Sequence record: ON529858.1 | DNA length: 64,000 nucleotides | Reading direction: 5' to 3' (one strand) | Made by a program: the position numbers and the translations under genes | The notes under the pieces: model-generated | Seen by the model: the letters and a program-made list of their open reading frames with translations, nothing else | Told to the model about the DNA's origin: nothing | Databases searched by the model: none | In this document: positions 27,518 through 36,613 of the stretch, piece after piece | Position numbering within the stretch: the first letter of the stretch is position 1 | Layout: every line of letters begins with the position of its first letter

Positions 27518-28156
27518 CTACGATCCTGTCGAGCCGAACCCGCCCTGACCACGCTCGGTCGTGTCAAGCGCCGCGACCTCATCGGGTTCAGCGATGACGC
27601 ACTGCTCGAAAATGATCTGAGCGACGCGGTCGCCGGGCTGGATGACGAAGACCTCGTCGCGGGTGCCCGACACCAGGACGACCCTGATCTCGCCGGTGTA
27701 GTCGGCGTCGACCACACCGCCGATGACGTCCAGGCCCTGCTTGGCGGCGAGCCCGGACCGGCCGGCGATGCGCCCGTAGCAGCCCTCGGGCGGCGTCATG
27801 GCGATCCCGGTGGGGATGATGTGGCGCGAGCCGGAGTAGAACTCCAGCGGCGTGTCGCCGTCATAGTGCAGGTCCAGGCCGGCGGAGTTCGGCGAGCCCC
27901 GCGTCGGGATGGTCGCGGACGGCCGCACCTTCATGACCGAGAACTTGACCTTGCGCTCGTGTGGAATCATGGCGTCAATGGCCTCCCAGGTGAAGACGGC
28001 GACACTGCCGTCGATCTGGGCTACACCGACGCGGTCCTCGGCGCCATACAGAACCTCGACCGTGCCGTAGCCGGCCTCCCTCATCCGCTTGGCGAGACGG
28101 TGGGCGCGCTCCTGGTGGTCGATCCGCTTGAACGTGACGTAGCTGTTGGTCGCCAT
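27518..28156 (-). CDS. dut: Trimeric dUTPase with ~65-aa N-terminal extension
   Basis: SAGLDL, GRIAGRSGLA, GVVDADYTGEI, GDRVAQII, RGQGGFGSTG. Confidence 0.92.
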   Translation of the reverse strand: MATNSYVTFKRIDHQERAHRLAKRMREAGYGTVEVLYGAEDRVGVAQIDGSVAVFTWEAIDAMIPHERKVKFSVMKVRPSATIPTRGSPNSAGLDLHYDGDTPLEFYSGSRHIIPTGIAMTPPEGCYGRIAGRSGLAAKQGLDVIGGVVDADYTGEIRVVLVSGTRDEVFVIQPGDRVAQIIFEQCVIAEPDEVAALDTTERGQGGFGSTGS

Positions 28157-29460
28157 CAGGCGGCTCCGTTGACTTCTTGGGTGAAGGCGTCGGCGCCGCC
28201 AACGAACCGGATCACATCTCCGGACACGCTGTCGATCTCGAACACCATGGGAAACGTCTTCCAGCCGTCGTAGGCCTTCTTGATCTCTTCCCGCTTCAGG
28301 CGGTCGTCGATCTGGATGACCTCGTGCCGCAGGCCCTTGTCCGAGGCGAGCGCCTTGGCGCGAACGCAGTGCGGGCAGTCCGGCATCGTCAGGATGCGGT
28401 AGGTCGTCGCCACGCTCTTCTCGGTCGTGGTCCGCGTCAGCTTCTCGATCAGCAGGGCCTTGGAGCGATCGTGGTCCATGAAGGCGAAGGCCTTGTCCCA
28501 GCCCTTGACGCCGCCCTTGCCGTATTCGGTCGAGCGGCCTTCGAAGAAGTTGGTGTGCGTCGGCGCGTTCATGATCCAGTCGAGCCAGGGGAAGGGGTTT
28601 TCCTTCTGGCCGTAGTTCGGCTTCAGGCCGAGTTGGATCAGGCGGCGGTCGGCGATGTAGCGAATGTATTCCTTGGCTTGACCGATGGTGACGCCCATCA
28701 TGGTCTTCTCGCCCGACGCATCCACCTCGGCGAAGGTGTAGGCTTGGTCGATGAAGGCGTCTTCCAGCGTGACCATGTCGCGGCAGGCTTGGTAGATGCG
28801 CTTCTTGGTCTCGTCGTTCCAGGTGCGCGGGTGCTCCTTGACCACCGCGTGCATCAGCTTGATCATCGACGCGACGTGGTGCGACTCGTCGCGGATCGAC
28901 CACTCGACGATCGTGGTCATGCCCTTCATCAGGCCCTGGCGCTGGAAGTTCATCAGCAGCGCGAAGCTGGAGAACAACTGCATCCCTTCGCCGAAGGCCG
29001 AGAAGACGGCGATGTCGACGACCAGATCGGCGATCGACTTGCCGGTCTCGCGCTCCGCCATATACTCGTGCTTCTCGCGCATCGCTTCATAGGCCTGGAA
29101 GGCCTGATATTCGCTTTCCGGGATGCCGAGCGTGTCGATCAGGGTGGAGTAGGCGTGGATGTGGTTCGCCTCGGCCGTGGCGAAGGACGACAGCATCATG
29201 CGCAGTTCGGGGTGCTTGAACCGGGGCAGATACTTCTCGATGTATGCCGCCGCCACATCAACGTCAGCTTGTGTGAAGAACCTGAACAACTGAGTCAAGA
29301 ACTCGCGCTGAGCGACCGTCAGCTTCGTGTTCCAGTCCAGCAGGTCGTCAGCCATCGGGCTCTCGTGCGGGAGCCAGTGCATCGCCTGCATGACCTCGTA
29401 GGCCTCGAACGCCCACGGGTAGGAGAAGGGCTTGTAGAAGTCGCGGGATTCGAGAATCAT
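28156..29460 (-). CDS. nrdB: Class Ia ribonucleotide reductase beta subunit with C-terminal glutaredoxin fusion
   Basis: FFTQAD, EANHIHAY, EGMQLFSSF, RDESHH di-metal and Tyr motifs; C-terminal CPHC...TFPMVF glutaredoxin. Confidence 0.93.
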   Translation of the reverse strand: MILESRDFYKPFSYPWAFEAYEVMQAMHWLPHESPMADDLLDWNTKLTVAQREFLTQLFRFFTQADVDVAAAYIEKYLPRFKHPELRMMLSSFATAEANHIHAYSTLIDTLGIPESEYQAFQAYEAMREKHEYMAERETGKSIADLVVDIAVFSAFGEGMQLFSSFALLMNFQRQGLMKGMTTIVEWSIRDESHHVASMIKLMHAVVKEHPRTWNDETKKRIYQACRDMVTLEDAFIDQAYTFAEVDASGEKTMMGVTIGQAKEYIRYIADRRLIQLGLKPNYGQKENPFPWLDWIMNAPTHTNFFEGRSTEYGKGGVKGWDKAFAFMDHDRSKALLIEKLTRTTTEKSVATTYRILTMPDCPHCVRAKALASDKGLRHEVIQIDDRLKREEIKKAYDGWKTFPMVFEIDSVSGDVIRFVGGADAFTQEVNGAA

Positions 29461-29711
29461 GGTGTCGTTGTTGCCTTGGCGAGACCTGCACGCCGGCGCC
29501 GGCGGAGGTTATGGATGTGGAAGCCGCCGATGATGAATCCCTGAGCCAGGAGGAACCAGGAGTGGGTCATCAGCGCGAAGATGGTCCAGGGGATGATCGA
29601 ACCGAGGTTCAGCCAGAGCCCTAGACGTTGCTGCTCGCCGTCGCGGCCCAGGAGCCATAGTGACGTGATCACCATGACCGACCCGACCGCTTCGGCGATG
29701 TGGACAAGCAT
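29457..29711 (-). CDS. Small membrane protein between nrdA and nrdB
   Basis: 84 aa, three hydrophobic segments, overlaps both neighbours. Confidence 0.55.
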   Translation of the reverse strand: MLVHIAEAVGSVMVITSLWLLGRDGEQQRLGLWLNLGSIIPWTIFALMTHSWFLLAQGFIIGGFHIHNLRRRRRAGLAKATTTP

Positions 29712-32527
29712 CAGCCTTCGCAGTCGATGCAGGTGGCGTCGGCCATGGGGCTGAGAGCCAGTTGACGGGCTTCGTCCGAAGCCTGATCCGAGGCCTGGGA
29801 GGCGTCGGAGACGATCGTCTTGCGAGCGATCTTGGTGTTGGTGTTCTCGGCGCGCTTGGGCGTCGTCGAGCGCAGGTAGTAGAGGCTCTTCAGGCCGAGT
29901 TCCCAGGCCATCCAGTGGATTTCGGACAGGTAGGCGGCTTCGACCGAACCGTCGCCCGGCAGGAAGATGTTGATCGACTGCGCCTGACAGATTTCGGGAC
30001 CCCGGTCGGCCGCCAGGATGATGATCGCGCGCTGGTCCAGTTCCATCGCGGTCTTGAAGACCTTCTCGACGTGCGCCCAGACCACCGGATCGACGGTGAC
30101 GCCGATCTGCTCGAACGGGGAGGGGACGTCGTCGCCGTCTTCGTCGACGGTCGGCGTGTTCAGGCCGGCGACCGAGCCGTCGTTGCCGACGATCAGCTTC
30201 CAGACTTCCTCGGTGTCGATGCCGAGTTGAGCCAGCTTGGCCTTCAGGTAGATGTTGCGGACCGGGAAGGAGCCCGACAGCGTCTTGTGCAGGTAGGCGT
30301 TGGCGCGGTGAGGCTCGACGGACGGCGAGGTGCCGCCGCAGAGGATCGACGACGAGGCGTTCGGCGCGATCGCCAGCTTGTGGGCGAAGCGCTCGCCCGT
30401 GCCTTCCATGTCCGGGGCTTCACCACGCTCGGCGCCCAGCTTCAGCGAGGCGGCGTCGGCGTGCTGACGCAGGTGACGGAAGATCGCCTTGTTGACGACG
30501 CGGGCGTGCTCGCTCTCGAACGGGATGTCGTGCTTCTGGAGGTAGGCTTGGAAGCCCAGCAGGCCCAGGCCGATCGAGCGCTCGCGCATCGCCGAATAGA
30601 TGGCGTCCTTCATCTGCTCGGGCGCCGTGTCGATGAACACCTGGAGGGCGTTGTCGAGCATCCGCATCAGGTCTTCGATGAAGCGGGGGTCGTCCTTCCA
30701 CTCGTCGAACTTCTCGCCATTGGTGGACGACAGGCAGCAGACGGCGGTGCGCTTGTTGCCGAGATGATCCCGGCCGGTCGGCAGGGTGATCTCGGTGCAG
30801 TTGCCGGTCAGGTAGCCGTTGAAGACGATGCGGTTGCGGCCTTGCTCGGTTCCGCAGTAGGTGGCGGTCTTCCAGGGCAGGGGATGCAGGTCGGCGACCA
30901 CCGGCGACTTGAAGGGACGCTCGGCGCCGGGCGTGCGGACCTGGGTCAGGACGCAGCCAGCTTCGATCAGGGTGTTGACGTCCCAGGCGGGCAGGGCGAA
31001 GCCGTTCAGGGTGTCGGTCAGGCGGATGCGCGGCGTGAGGCCCACTTCCAGCGCCAGACGACGCATCTCGCGGATCAGGTCGCGATTGGTCGAGCCCAGG
31101 CTGAGCCACTTCACGCCGTCGATGTCGATCCAGTCGGCGCCGGCGTCCAGCGCGCCCGCCAGCCACATGCGGCGCGTGGCGTAGCTGAACTCGAACGGGA
31201 CATGGCCGGAGGCGATCGTCGTGGGCTCGTAGCGCACGGTCGTCAGGGCGTCGTCAGCCTCGGCGTCGACCGAGTGCGTGAACAGGCGCTTGAACAGGGC
31301 CTCGGGCGAGCCTTCGGCGATCGTGACCGCCAGACGGTTGCGGTCCTCGAACCCGGCCAGGGTGGCGTAGCCGGCGGTGTAGGCCTGCTCATCCGTGGGC
31401 TGGGCGTAGCCTTCGACCGACAGGGGCAGGTTGGGCGCCTCCAGTTCCAGGCCGATCGGCAGGGCGCCGGCGCGGTGCTCGACGCCGTCCTTGTCGTAGA
31501 ACTTGTGCTCGGGGGTGCAGTCCAGGAAGTCGCCGTCCTCGAACCAGACGCGGACCAGATCGGCGCTGTCGGCCGTCTTGACGATCTCGACGGGGCTCCA
31601 GTCCTGACCATTCCACAGGTCATGCGTCGAGCCGGCCAGGGCGCCGATCGGCATGTGACCGTTGCGGGTCAGGACTTCGGTGTCGCCGGTGACGCAGAGG
31701 TTGGACTGCTTGACCTTCAGGCCGAGACGCTTCTGGGCCTCGGGCAGCGCAGCGTTCGAATGATCGACGAAGTGCATATAGGGCTCGCCCGTCTGCATCC
31801 GGGTTTCGAGCATCAGGCGCCACAGGTCGCGGGCGCGCACGGTCTTGATGACCTCGCGGGTCTTGGGCGAGCGCAGGTGGAACGGGCTGTCCGAGCGCAC
31901 GGCGCGCATGAACTCGTCGGTGATGTTGACCGCGTTGTGCAGGTTCTCGATCTTGCGGTTCCGATCGCCGCCGGTCGACTTGCGGGCGACGATGAACTCT
32001 TCGATCTCGGGGTGGTCGATGTCGAGGTAGTTCGCCATGGAGCCACGGCGCGTGCCGCCCTGGGAGACGGCGAGGATCAGGCGGTCGTCGACGGCCTGGA
32101 AGGGCATCACGCCGGTGGACGACGAACCCTTGGAGGTCTTCTCGCCGGCCGAGCGCAGTTCGCCCCAATAGGAGCCGATGCCGCCGCCCATGGAGGACAG
32201 CCAGATCACTTCGTCGTAGTGGGCCGAGATCGACTCGCGGCTGTCCTCGACGGCCGTCAGGAAGCAGGAGATGGGAAGGCCGCGCCCGGTCCCGCCGTTG
32301 GACAGCAGGGGCGTGGCGAACATGAACCAGCCCTTGGAGACATAGTCATACAGACGCTGGGCGTGCGCTTCGTCGTCCGCGAAGGCGGCCGATGCACGAG
32401 CGAAGGCTTCCTGGGGCGACTTTTCGTCGCCGACAAGGTAGCGTTCCTTCAGGGTCTGGAGAGTGAAATCACTCAGAGCGTCGTCGCGCGAGAGGTCGAT
32501 GGTGATGGCGCGAGGGCTCACAGGCAT
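29711..32527 (-). CDS. nrdA: Class Ia ribonucleotide reductase alpha subunit, intein-containing, no ATP cone
   Basis: FATPLLSNGGT, PISCF, GGTRRG, QSNL/CTEI, APNASSS, LKSLYYLR, C-terminal CIDC. Confidence 0.95.
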   Translation of the reverse strand: MPVSPRAITIDLSRDDALSDFTLQTLKERYLVGDEKSPQEAFARASAAFADDEAHAQRLYDYVSKGWFMFATPLLSNGGTGRGLPISCFLTAVEDSRESISAHYDEVIWLSSMGGGIGSYWGELRSAGEKTSKGSSSTGVMPFQAVDDRLILAVSQGGTRRGSMANYLDIDHPEIEEFIVARKSTGGDRNRKIENLHNAVNITDEFMRAVRSDSPFHLRSPKTREVIKTVRARDLWRLMLETRMQTGEPYMHFVDHSNAALPEAQKRLGLKVKQSNLCVTGDTEVLTRNGHMPIGALAGSTHDLWNGQDWSPVEIVKTADSADLVRVWFEDGDFLDCTPEHKFYDKDGVEHRAGALPIGLELEAPNLPLSVEGYAQPTDEQAYTAGYATLAGFEDRNRLAVTIAEGSPEALFKRLFTHSVDAEADDALTTVRYEPTTIASGHVPFEFSYATRRMWLAGALDAGADWIDIDGVKWLSLGSTNRDLIREMRRLALEVGLTPRIRLTDTLNGFALPAWDVNTLIEAGCVLTQVRTPGAERPFKSPVVADLHPLPWKTATYCGTEQGRNRIVFNGYLTGNCTEITLPTGRDHLGNKRTAVCCLSSTNGEKFDEWKDDPRFIEDLMRMLDNALQVFIDTAPEQMKDAIYSAMRERSIGLGLLGFQAYLQKHDIPFESEHARVVNKAIFRHLRQHADAASLKLGAERGEAPDMEGTGERFAHKLAIAPNASSSILCGGTSPSVEPHRANAYLHKTLSGSFPVRNIYLKAKLAQLGIDTEEVWKLIVGNDGSVAGLNTPTVDEDGDDVPSPFEQIGVTVDPVVWAHVEKVFKTAMELDQRAIIILAADRGPEICQAQSINIFLPGDGSVEAAYLSEIHWMAWELGLKSLYYLRSTTPKRAENTNTKIARKTIVSDASQASDQASDEARQLALSPMADATCIDCEG
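30800..31696 (-). mobile_element. Intein (299 aa) inserted immediately before the thiyl-radical Cys of NrdA
   Basis: Begins CVTGDTEVLT and ends FNGYLTGN followed by C; removal restores QSNL-CTEI; LAGLIDADG-like remnant WLAGALDAG. Confidence 0.92.
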
Positions 32528-32616
32528 GTCAGGGATGTCCGAAGAAAAAGCCCTGAATAATCAGGGCTCTAGGGGAGGGTCAAAGGACGGTAACCATACC
32601 TAAGACGCGGCGGAAA

Positions 32617-32642
32617 GTCAAGATTCACGACGTCCAACGTCG
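32617..32642 (-). promoter_or_regulatory. Phage operator/promoter motif copy driving nrdA
   Basis: Minus strand CGACG-TTGGA-CGTCG-TGAATC-TTGACT-N17-TATGGT. Confidence 0.75.
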
Positions 32643-32667
32643 TGAGATATTGTTCTTGACGAGGGTC

Positions 32668-32916
32668 TTAGCGACCCTCGTCTGCGAACTTCATCCCGGC
32701 CGCAGCGAGGATGTCTTTGGTGTTGCAGGGCTTTCCGTCGAGACGGAAGCCTAGCTTAGTTTCGACGACCCGACCTTCCAGGGCGAGCAGGGCTCGCTCC
32801 AGAACGGTCAGGCCGTCACCCAGCGGGGCGATGATGGCGCCAGTCTCTCGGGGGAGCCGCTGCGCAAGGTTGGGGTTCTTCGGCGCCTTTGCCGGCTTCT
32901 GCTTAGGTGCGGACAA
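32668..32916 (-). CDS. Hypothetical protein
   Basis: 82-aa ORF overlapping the upstream gene. Confidence 0.55.
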   Translation of the reverse strand: MSAPKQKPAKAPKNPNLAQRLPRETGAIIAPLGDGLTVLERALLALEGRVVETKLGFRLDGKPCNTKDILAAAGMKFADEGR

Positions 32917-33253
32917 GGCCGGCGACCCCCGTGACGGCCTGGAACTTGGCGAGGGCTTCGTCGACAGCCTCGCCTTCGGCCAGGGCGGTGCTCAGATCGG
33001 AGATGGCCGCGTTGACCTTGTCGAGTTCTTCCTTGAAGAAGTCCGGCATCTCGCGCAGGATGTTGACCAGGGCCAGGATCACGACGTCGGTGACCGGCAG
33101 GCGCATTCCGCCGTCGCCCGAAGACGAGAAGGAGGCCAGGGACAGGCCGATGGTGAAGCCGCCGGCGTTGCCTTCTTGCTCGGTGAGCGAGAGGATCGAG
33201 TTGGCGAGCGCCGGGGTGTCGGCGACGATGGTGGGCTCAGACGGGTTGGACAT
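32903..33253 (-). CDS. Hypothetical protein
   Basis: 116-aa ORF with phage codon bias. Confidence 0.6.
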   Translation of the reverse strand: MSNPSEPTIVADTPALANSILSLTEQEGNAGGFTIGLSLASFSSSGDGGMRLPVTDVVILALVNILREMPDFFKEELDKVNAAISDLSTALAEGEAVDEALAKFQAVTGVAGLVRT

Positions 33254-33587
33254 TTTGCTCTTCTTGCAGCAGGAGGGTGATGCGGTTGTGGGCGTCGACC
33301 TCGGAGATCGGACCTTCGGCGAGCATCGCCTGGACCGTGTCGTTGAGGGTGCCCTGTTGGTCGAGAACCAGGATGGCGAGCCCGACCAGCAGCGCCATGG
33401 AGGCGTGCTTCTTGATGTCGGGCGGCCCCTGGAGGGAGACGATCATGTCGCAGTCGCCGCGATCGCCGCCGTCGGTCGGGTCGCCGGGAAAGCAAGCCAA
33501 CTGGAAGTCTGGGGCGTCGATGTCCGGCACGCCCTGGGGCGGGGTCTCGATGATCTTTTGGGGGTGGTCGTCGTGTTGGAGGGACAT
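33237..33587 (-). CDS. Hypothetical protein (start uncertain)
   Basis: Codon-biased 3' part of the 33237..34055 track ORF. Confidence 0.55.
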   Translation of the reverse strand: MSLQHDDHPQKIIETPPQGVPDIDAPDFQLACFPGDPTDGGDRGDCDMIVSLQGPPDIKKHASMALLVGLAILVLDQQGTLNDTVQAMLAEGPISEVDAHNRITLLLQEEQNVQPV

Positions 33588-33667
33588 CGGAACTCTGTCA
33601 CTAGGGGTGTCGGCTACGTCGCCGCTGTTGACGTTCGTGACAGGATTCACGACGTTCGTCAACATGG

Positions 33668-34603
33668 TTAATCGGCGGAAATGCGCTCGTGGGGGATGAA
33701 CTTGCGGAACTGCTCGAACCCGACCAGATTGCCGCAATAGGGCGAGCCGGCGTAGACCTGGGGCCGGCCCTGATGCTCGAACGGCGAGGCGTGGATCGGC
33801 TTGGAGCCCAGCTTCAGGAAGGTGCCGATGTCCTTCTCGATCGTCGCCTTCTTGCCGTCGAAGTTGTTGTAGGACGTCCGGGCGCAGCGGGCGGCCGAGC
33901 GCACCAGCAGCAGGCGGGTGACGGCGTCCAGGAACTGAAGGTTCTCGAACGCGAAGCCCGTCGCCGCCATCACCGCCCGGTTCTCTTCCGGCTGCTCGCG
34001 CACGAAGCGCGCGCTCTCGACGCGGTCTTCGTCCTTGATGAAGGGCAGATGCCATTCGCCGTAGGGCAGATGCTGGGGCACGGCGCCGGAGAGTTGAGCC
34101 CGGATCGCCTGGGCCTGCCAGATGATCTCATCCTGGGCGTCGTCATGGTCCCGCAGGCCCATGTAGTTCGTCCAGTCGGTGGAGGTGACGACCACGGTGA
34201 TGTAGCCGAACCACTCCAGCATCCGGTTCGTCCACTGCTTGTGAATGTTCAGGCCGTTCTTGTCCGCCAGGGTCCGGGCGGTCCGCTGGCAGTAGTCGGC
34301 GGCGTCGAGCCATAGCTTGGCGGCGATCTGCTGCTCTTCGGGCGTCAGGTATTCGCCCGGCTGCATCCCGGCCTTGTTCTTGCGGAAGGTGGGCGTGTAG
34401 GGGTCGTCCGCCAGGAGCGTGACCGACGGCATGGCGCGGCTCGACGACCCGTTGCGCGAGAAGACGCGGTGGGTCATGAAGTCGGCATGGACCATGCGTG
34501 GGTAGCGCGCCTTGACGGTGTCGATACGGGCGCCGGCCGACGTGATGGACGACGCGATCGACTCGGCCGTAACGGCGATGTGGCTGGGGGTGAAGTGAGG
34601 CAC
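33668..34603 (-). CDS. thyX: Flavin-dependent thymidylate synthase
   Basis: FMTHRVFSRNGSSSRAMP ThyX-type signature, HKQWTNRMLE, LRDHDDAQDEI, HASPFEHQ. Confidence 0.85.
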   Translation of the reverse strand: MPHFTPSHIAVTAESIASSITSAGARIDTVKARYPRMVHADFMTHRVFSRNGSSSRAMPSVTLLADDPYTPTFRKNKAGMQPGEYLTPEEQQIAAKLWLDAADYCQRTARTLADKNGLNIHKQWTNRMLEWFGYITVVVTSTDWTNYMGLRDHDDAQDEIIWQAQAIRAQLSGAVPQHLPYGEWHLPFIKDEDRVESARFVREQPEENRAVMAATGFAFENLQFLDAVTRLLLVRSAARCARTSYNNFDGKKATIEKDIGTFLKLGSKPIHASPFEHQGRPQVYAGSPYCGNLVGFEQFRKFIPHERISAD

Positions 34604-34604
34604 G

Positions 34605-35195
34605 TCAGTGGGCTCCCGTGATCTCGCGCACGATGGCGTGCAGGGCGGGGATCGTGCCGCCGTTGATGATGGTATGGTCCGGCTCGATCTTGTCGATCTC
34701 GGTTTCGCTGGCGTGCTGGGACGCGACGTCGTGCAGATCGACGTGCGGGTTCACGATCTTGATGATGGTGACCTCCGCCTCGGCGAAGAGTTCGCCCTGG
34801 GCCGGCGGCTCCGCCATCTCGCGCAGGGCGTCGGCTTCGTTGGGGAAGCGCAGGTCCGAGCACACGATGTGGCTGTATTCCTGGGCCTCGCGTTCGAAGC
34901 ACTTGACCCAGGTCTCATCGAGCGGCTTGCCGTCGTTGAACTTGGTCTTGCGGAACATATCGGTGCCGACGATCTGCATCAGTTCGCGCGGGCTCTTGAA
35001 CGGCCAGCGGTTCAGCACCTGCTCCTTCAGCACCGGGTCCAGCATCTCGTGCATCGAGACGCCGTAGACGATCTCGACGACCTGACGGACGGGGTCGCCG
35101 AAGGCGATGTTGCGATAGCCCAGCGCCTCTAGGGCGTCGGAGGCCGTGGACTTGCCGTGTCCGCGCTTGCCAGTGATGGCGACGATCTTCTTCAT
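34605..35195 (-). CDS. Deoxynucleoside monophosphate kinase
   Basis: AITGKRGHGKST, FGDPVR, PRELMQIVGTD, SDLRFPNEA, HASE. Confidence 0.88.
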   Translation of the reverse strand: MKKIVAITGKRGHGKSTASDALEALGYRNIAFGDPVRQVVEIVYGVSMHEMLDPVLKEQVLNRWPFKSPRELMQIVGTDMFRKTKFNDGKPLDETWVKCFEREAQEYSHIVCSDLRFPNEADALREMAEPPAQGELFAEAEVTIIKIVNPHVDLHDVASQHASETEIDKIEPDHTIINGGTIPALHAIVREITGAH

Positions 35196-35204
35196 CTCGG
35201 GCTC

Positions 35205-36536
35205 CTAGATCAGGACGGTGAGGGTCTTGGCGGCACGGGTGACGCCGGTGTAGAGGTGGTTGTCGGCGTCCTGTCGGAAGACGCTGGACTCGTCGATCAG
35301 CACGACGTCATCCCACTGCGACCCCTGGCTCTTGTGGACTGTGATGGCGTAGGCCCAATCAATCTCGATCGAGTTCTTGCGCGCGCGCCACGCCGTCGCC
35401 TGGGGCGCCGTGAAGCCCTTCGGCCCGTGGAAGTGCTCTTCGAACAGGCCCTGGAACACGCGCTTGTCGCGATACTCGATGCCGCCGTCGTCCTCGAACG
35501 ACAGTTGCAGCGTCGAGTCGCCGTCCACGAGGTCGGCGTTGGACGTCGCGATGCACTCGGTCCCGTTCACGAGATCGGGGTTGTCGCGGTTGTTCTTGCA
35601 GACGATCAGCTTCTCGCCGACCTGGGGTCCGATCTTCTGACCCGCGCGATCGACGATGCCGAACTCTTCGCGCAGCTTCTGATTGACCGACCACCGGGTC
35701 TTGTTGCGGCCGACCAGGAACTGCGGCGCGTCCTCGCGGTCGAAGACGTCCTCGTAGTCCTTGCGGCGCTGGACCTTGACGCCGTTGCCGTAGTCGGCGA
35801 TCGGCAGGTCCTTGCCCTGACGCGCCAGCGTCGAGAGGTGGATGATCGGGTTGTCGGCCGCCTGACGGTGGATTTCCGACAGGAAGAAGTCGGGGTCGCC
35901 GGCGAGCAGGCCGGGCTCATCCTCGACCGGCTTCAACTGACCGGGATCGCCCATGGCGAAGATCGGCACGCCGAAGTCTTCCAGATCGGTCCGCATCCGC
36001 ATACCGACCATGGAGGCTTCGTCGACCACGATCAGGTTCGCCAGCTTGATCGAAGAGTCGGGGTTGAGTTGGAAGTTGACCTTGTCCTCGCGGTAGGCCT
36101 GATTCAGTTCGTGCTTCAGGCGCAGGACCAGCTTGTGCAGCTTCATGACCATGCTGTCGGTCAGCGGGTCGCCGCCCTCGGACCGGCAGATCATCGTCGC
36201 CTCGGCCAGGGCCTCTTCGTTGTTGAACAGGTCGTCCTCAAGCGTCGCGATCGGCGCCGGCTTGGCGCGGTAGATCGCGCTATGGATCGTTCCCGCCATG
36301 GGGTTCGGGTAGCCCTGGTCCTTCAGCTTCTGGCGCATGACCTTGGCCGCCTTGCCCGTGGGCGCGACGAAGGCAATGGTCTCGGGTTGCCAGCCGAGCG
36401 AGTCGAGGATCGAGGGCAGGATGGTGGACTTGCCGGAGCCGGCGAACCCGGTCAGGGTCGTCAACGGCTGGCCGTCCTTGATGCACCGGATGATCTGGGT
36501 CCGGGCCTTCTCTTGTTGCGCGCTGAGCGTAGTCAT
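35205..36536 (-). CDS. RecD/Dda-like SF1B helicase
   Basis: TGFAGSGKST, APTGKAA, TIHSAIY, VVDEASMV, GDPGQL, YAITVHKSQGSQW. Confidence 0.9.
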   Translation of the reverse strand: MTTLSAQQEKARTQIIRCIKDGQPLTTLTGFAGSGKSTILPSILDSLGWQPETIAFVAPTGKAAKVMRQKLKDQGYPNPMAGTIHSAIYRAKPAPIATLEDDLFNNEEALAEATMICRSEGGDPLTDSMVMKLHKLVLRLKHELNQAYREDKVNFQLNPDSSIKLANLIVVDEASMVGMRMRTDLEDFGVPIFAMGDPGQLKPVEDEPGLLAGDPDFFLSEIHRQAADNPIIHLSTLARQGKDLPIADYGNGVKVQRRKDYEDVFDREDAPQFLVGRNKTRWSVNQKLREEFGIVDRAGQKIGPQVGEKLIVCKNNRDNPDLVNGTECIATSNADLVDGDSTLQLSFEDDGGIEYRDKRVFQGLFEEHFHGPKGFTAPQATAWRARKNSIEIDWAYAITVHKSQGSQWDDVVLIDESSVFRQDADNHLYTGVTRAAKTLTVLI

Positions 36537-36613
36537 GCGGGTGCCTGGACGGGGGTGAAGAAGGTCCCGCCCGCCGTGCGGACACGGCGGGCGGGCTCAG
36601 GCGTCAACGGTGC

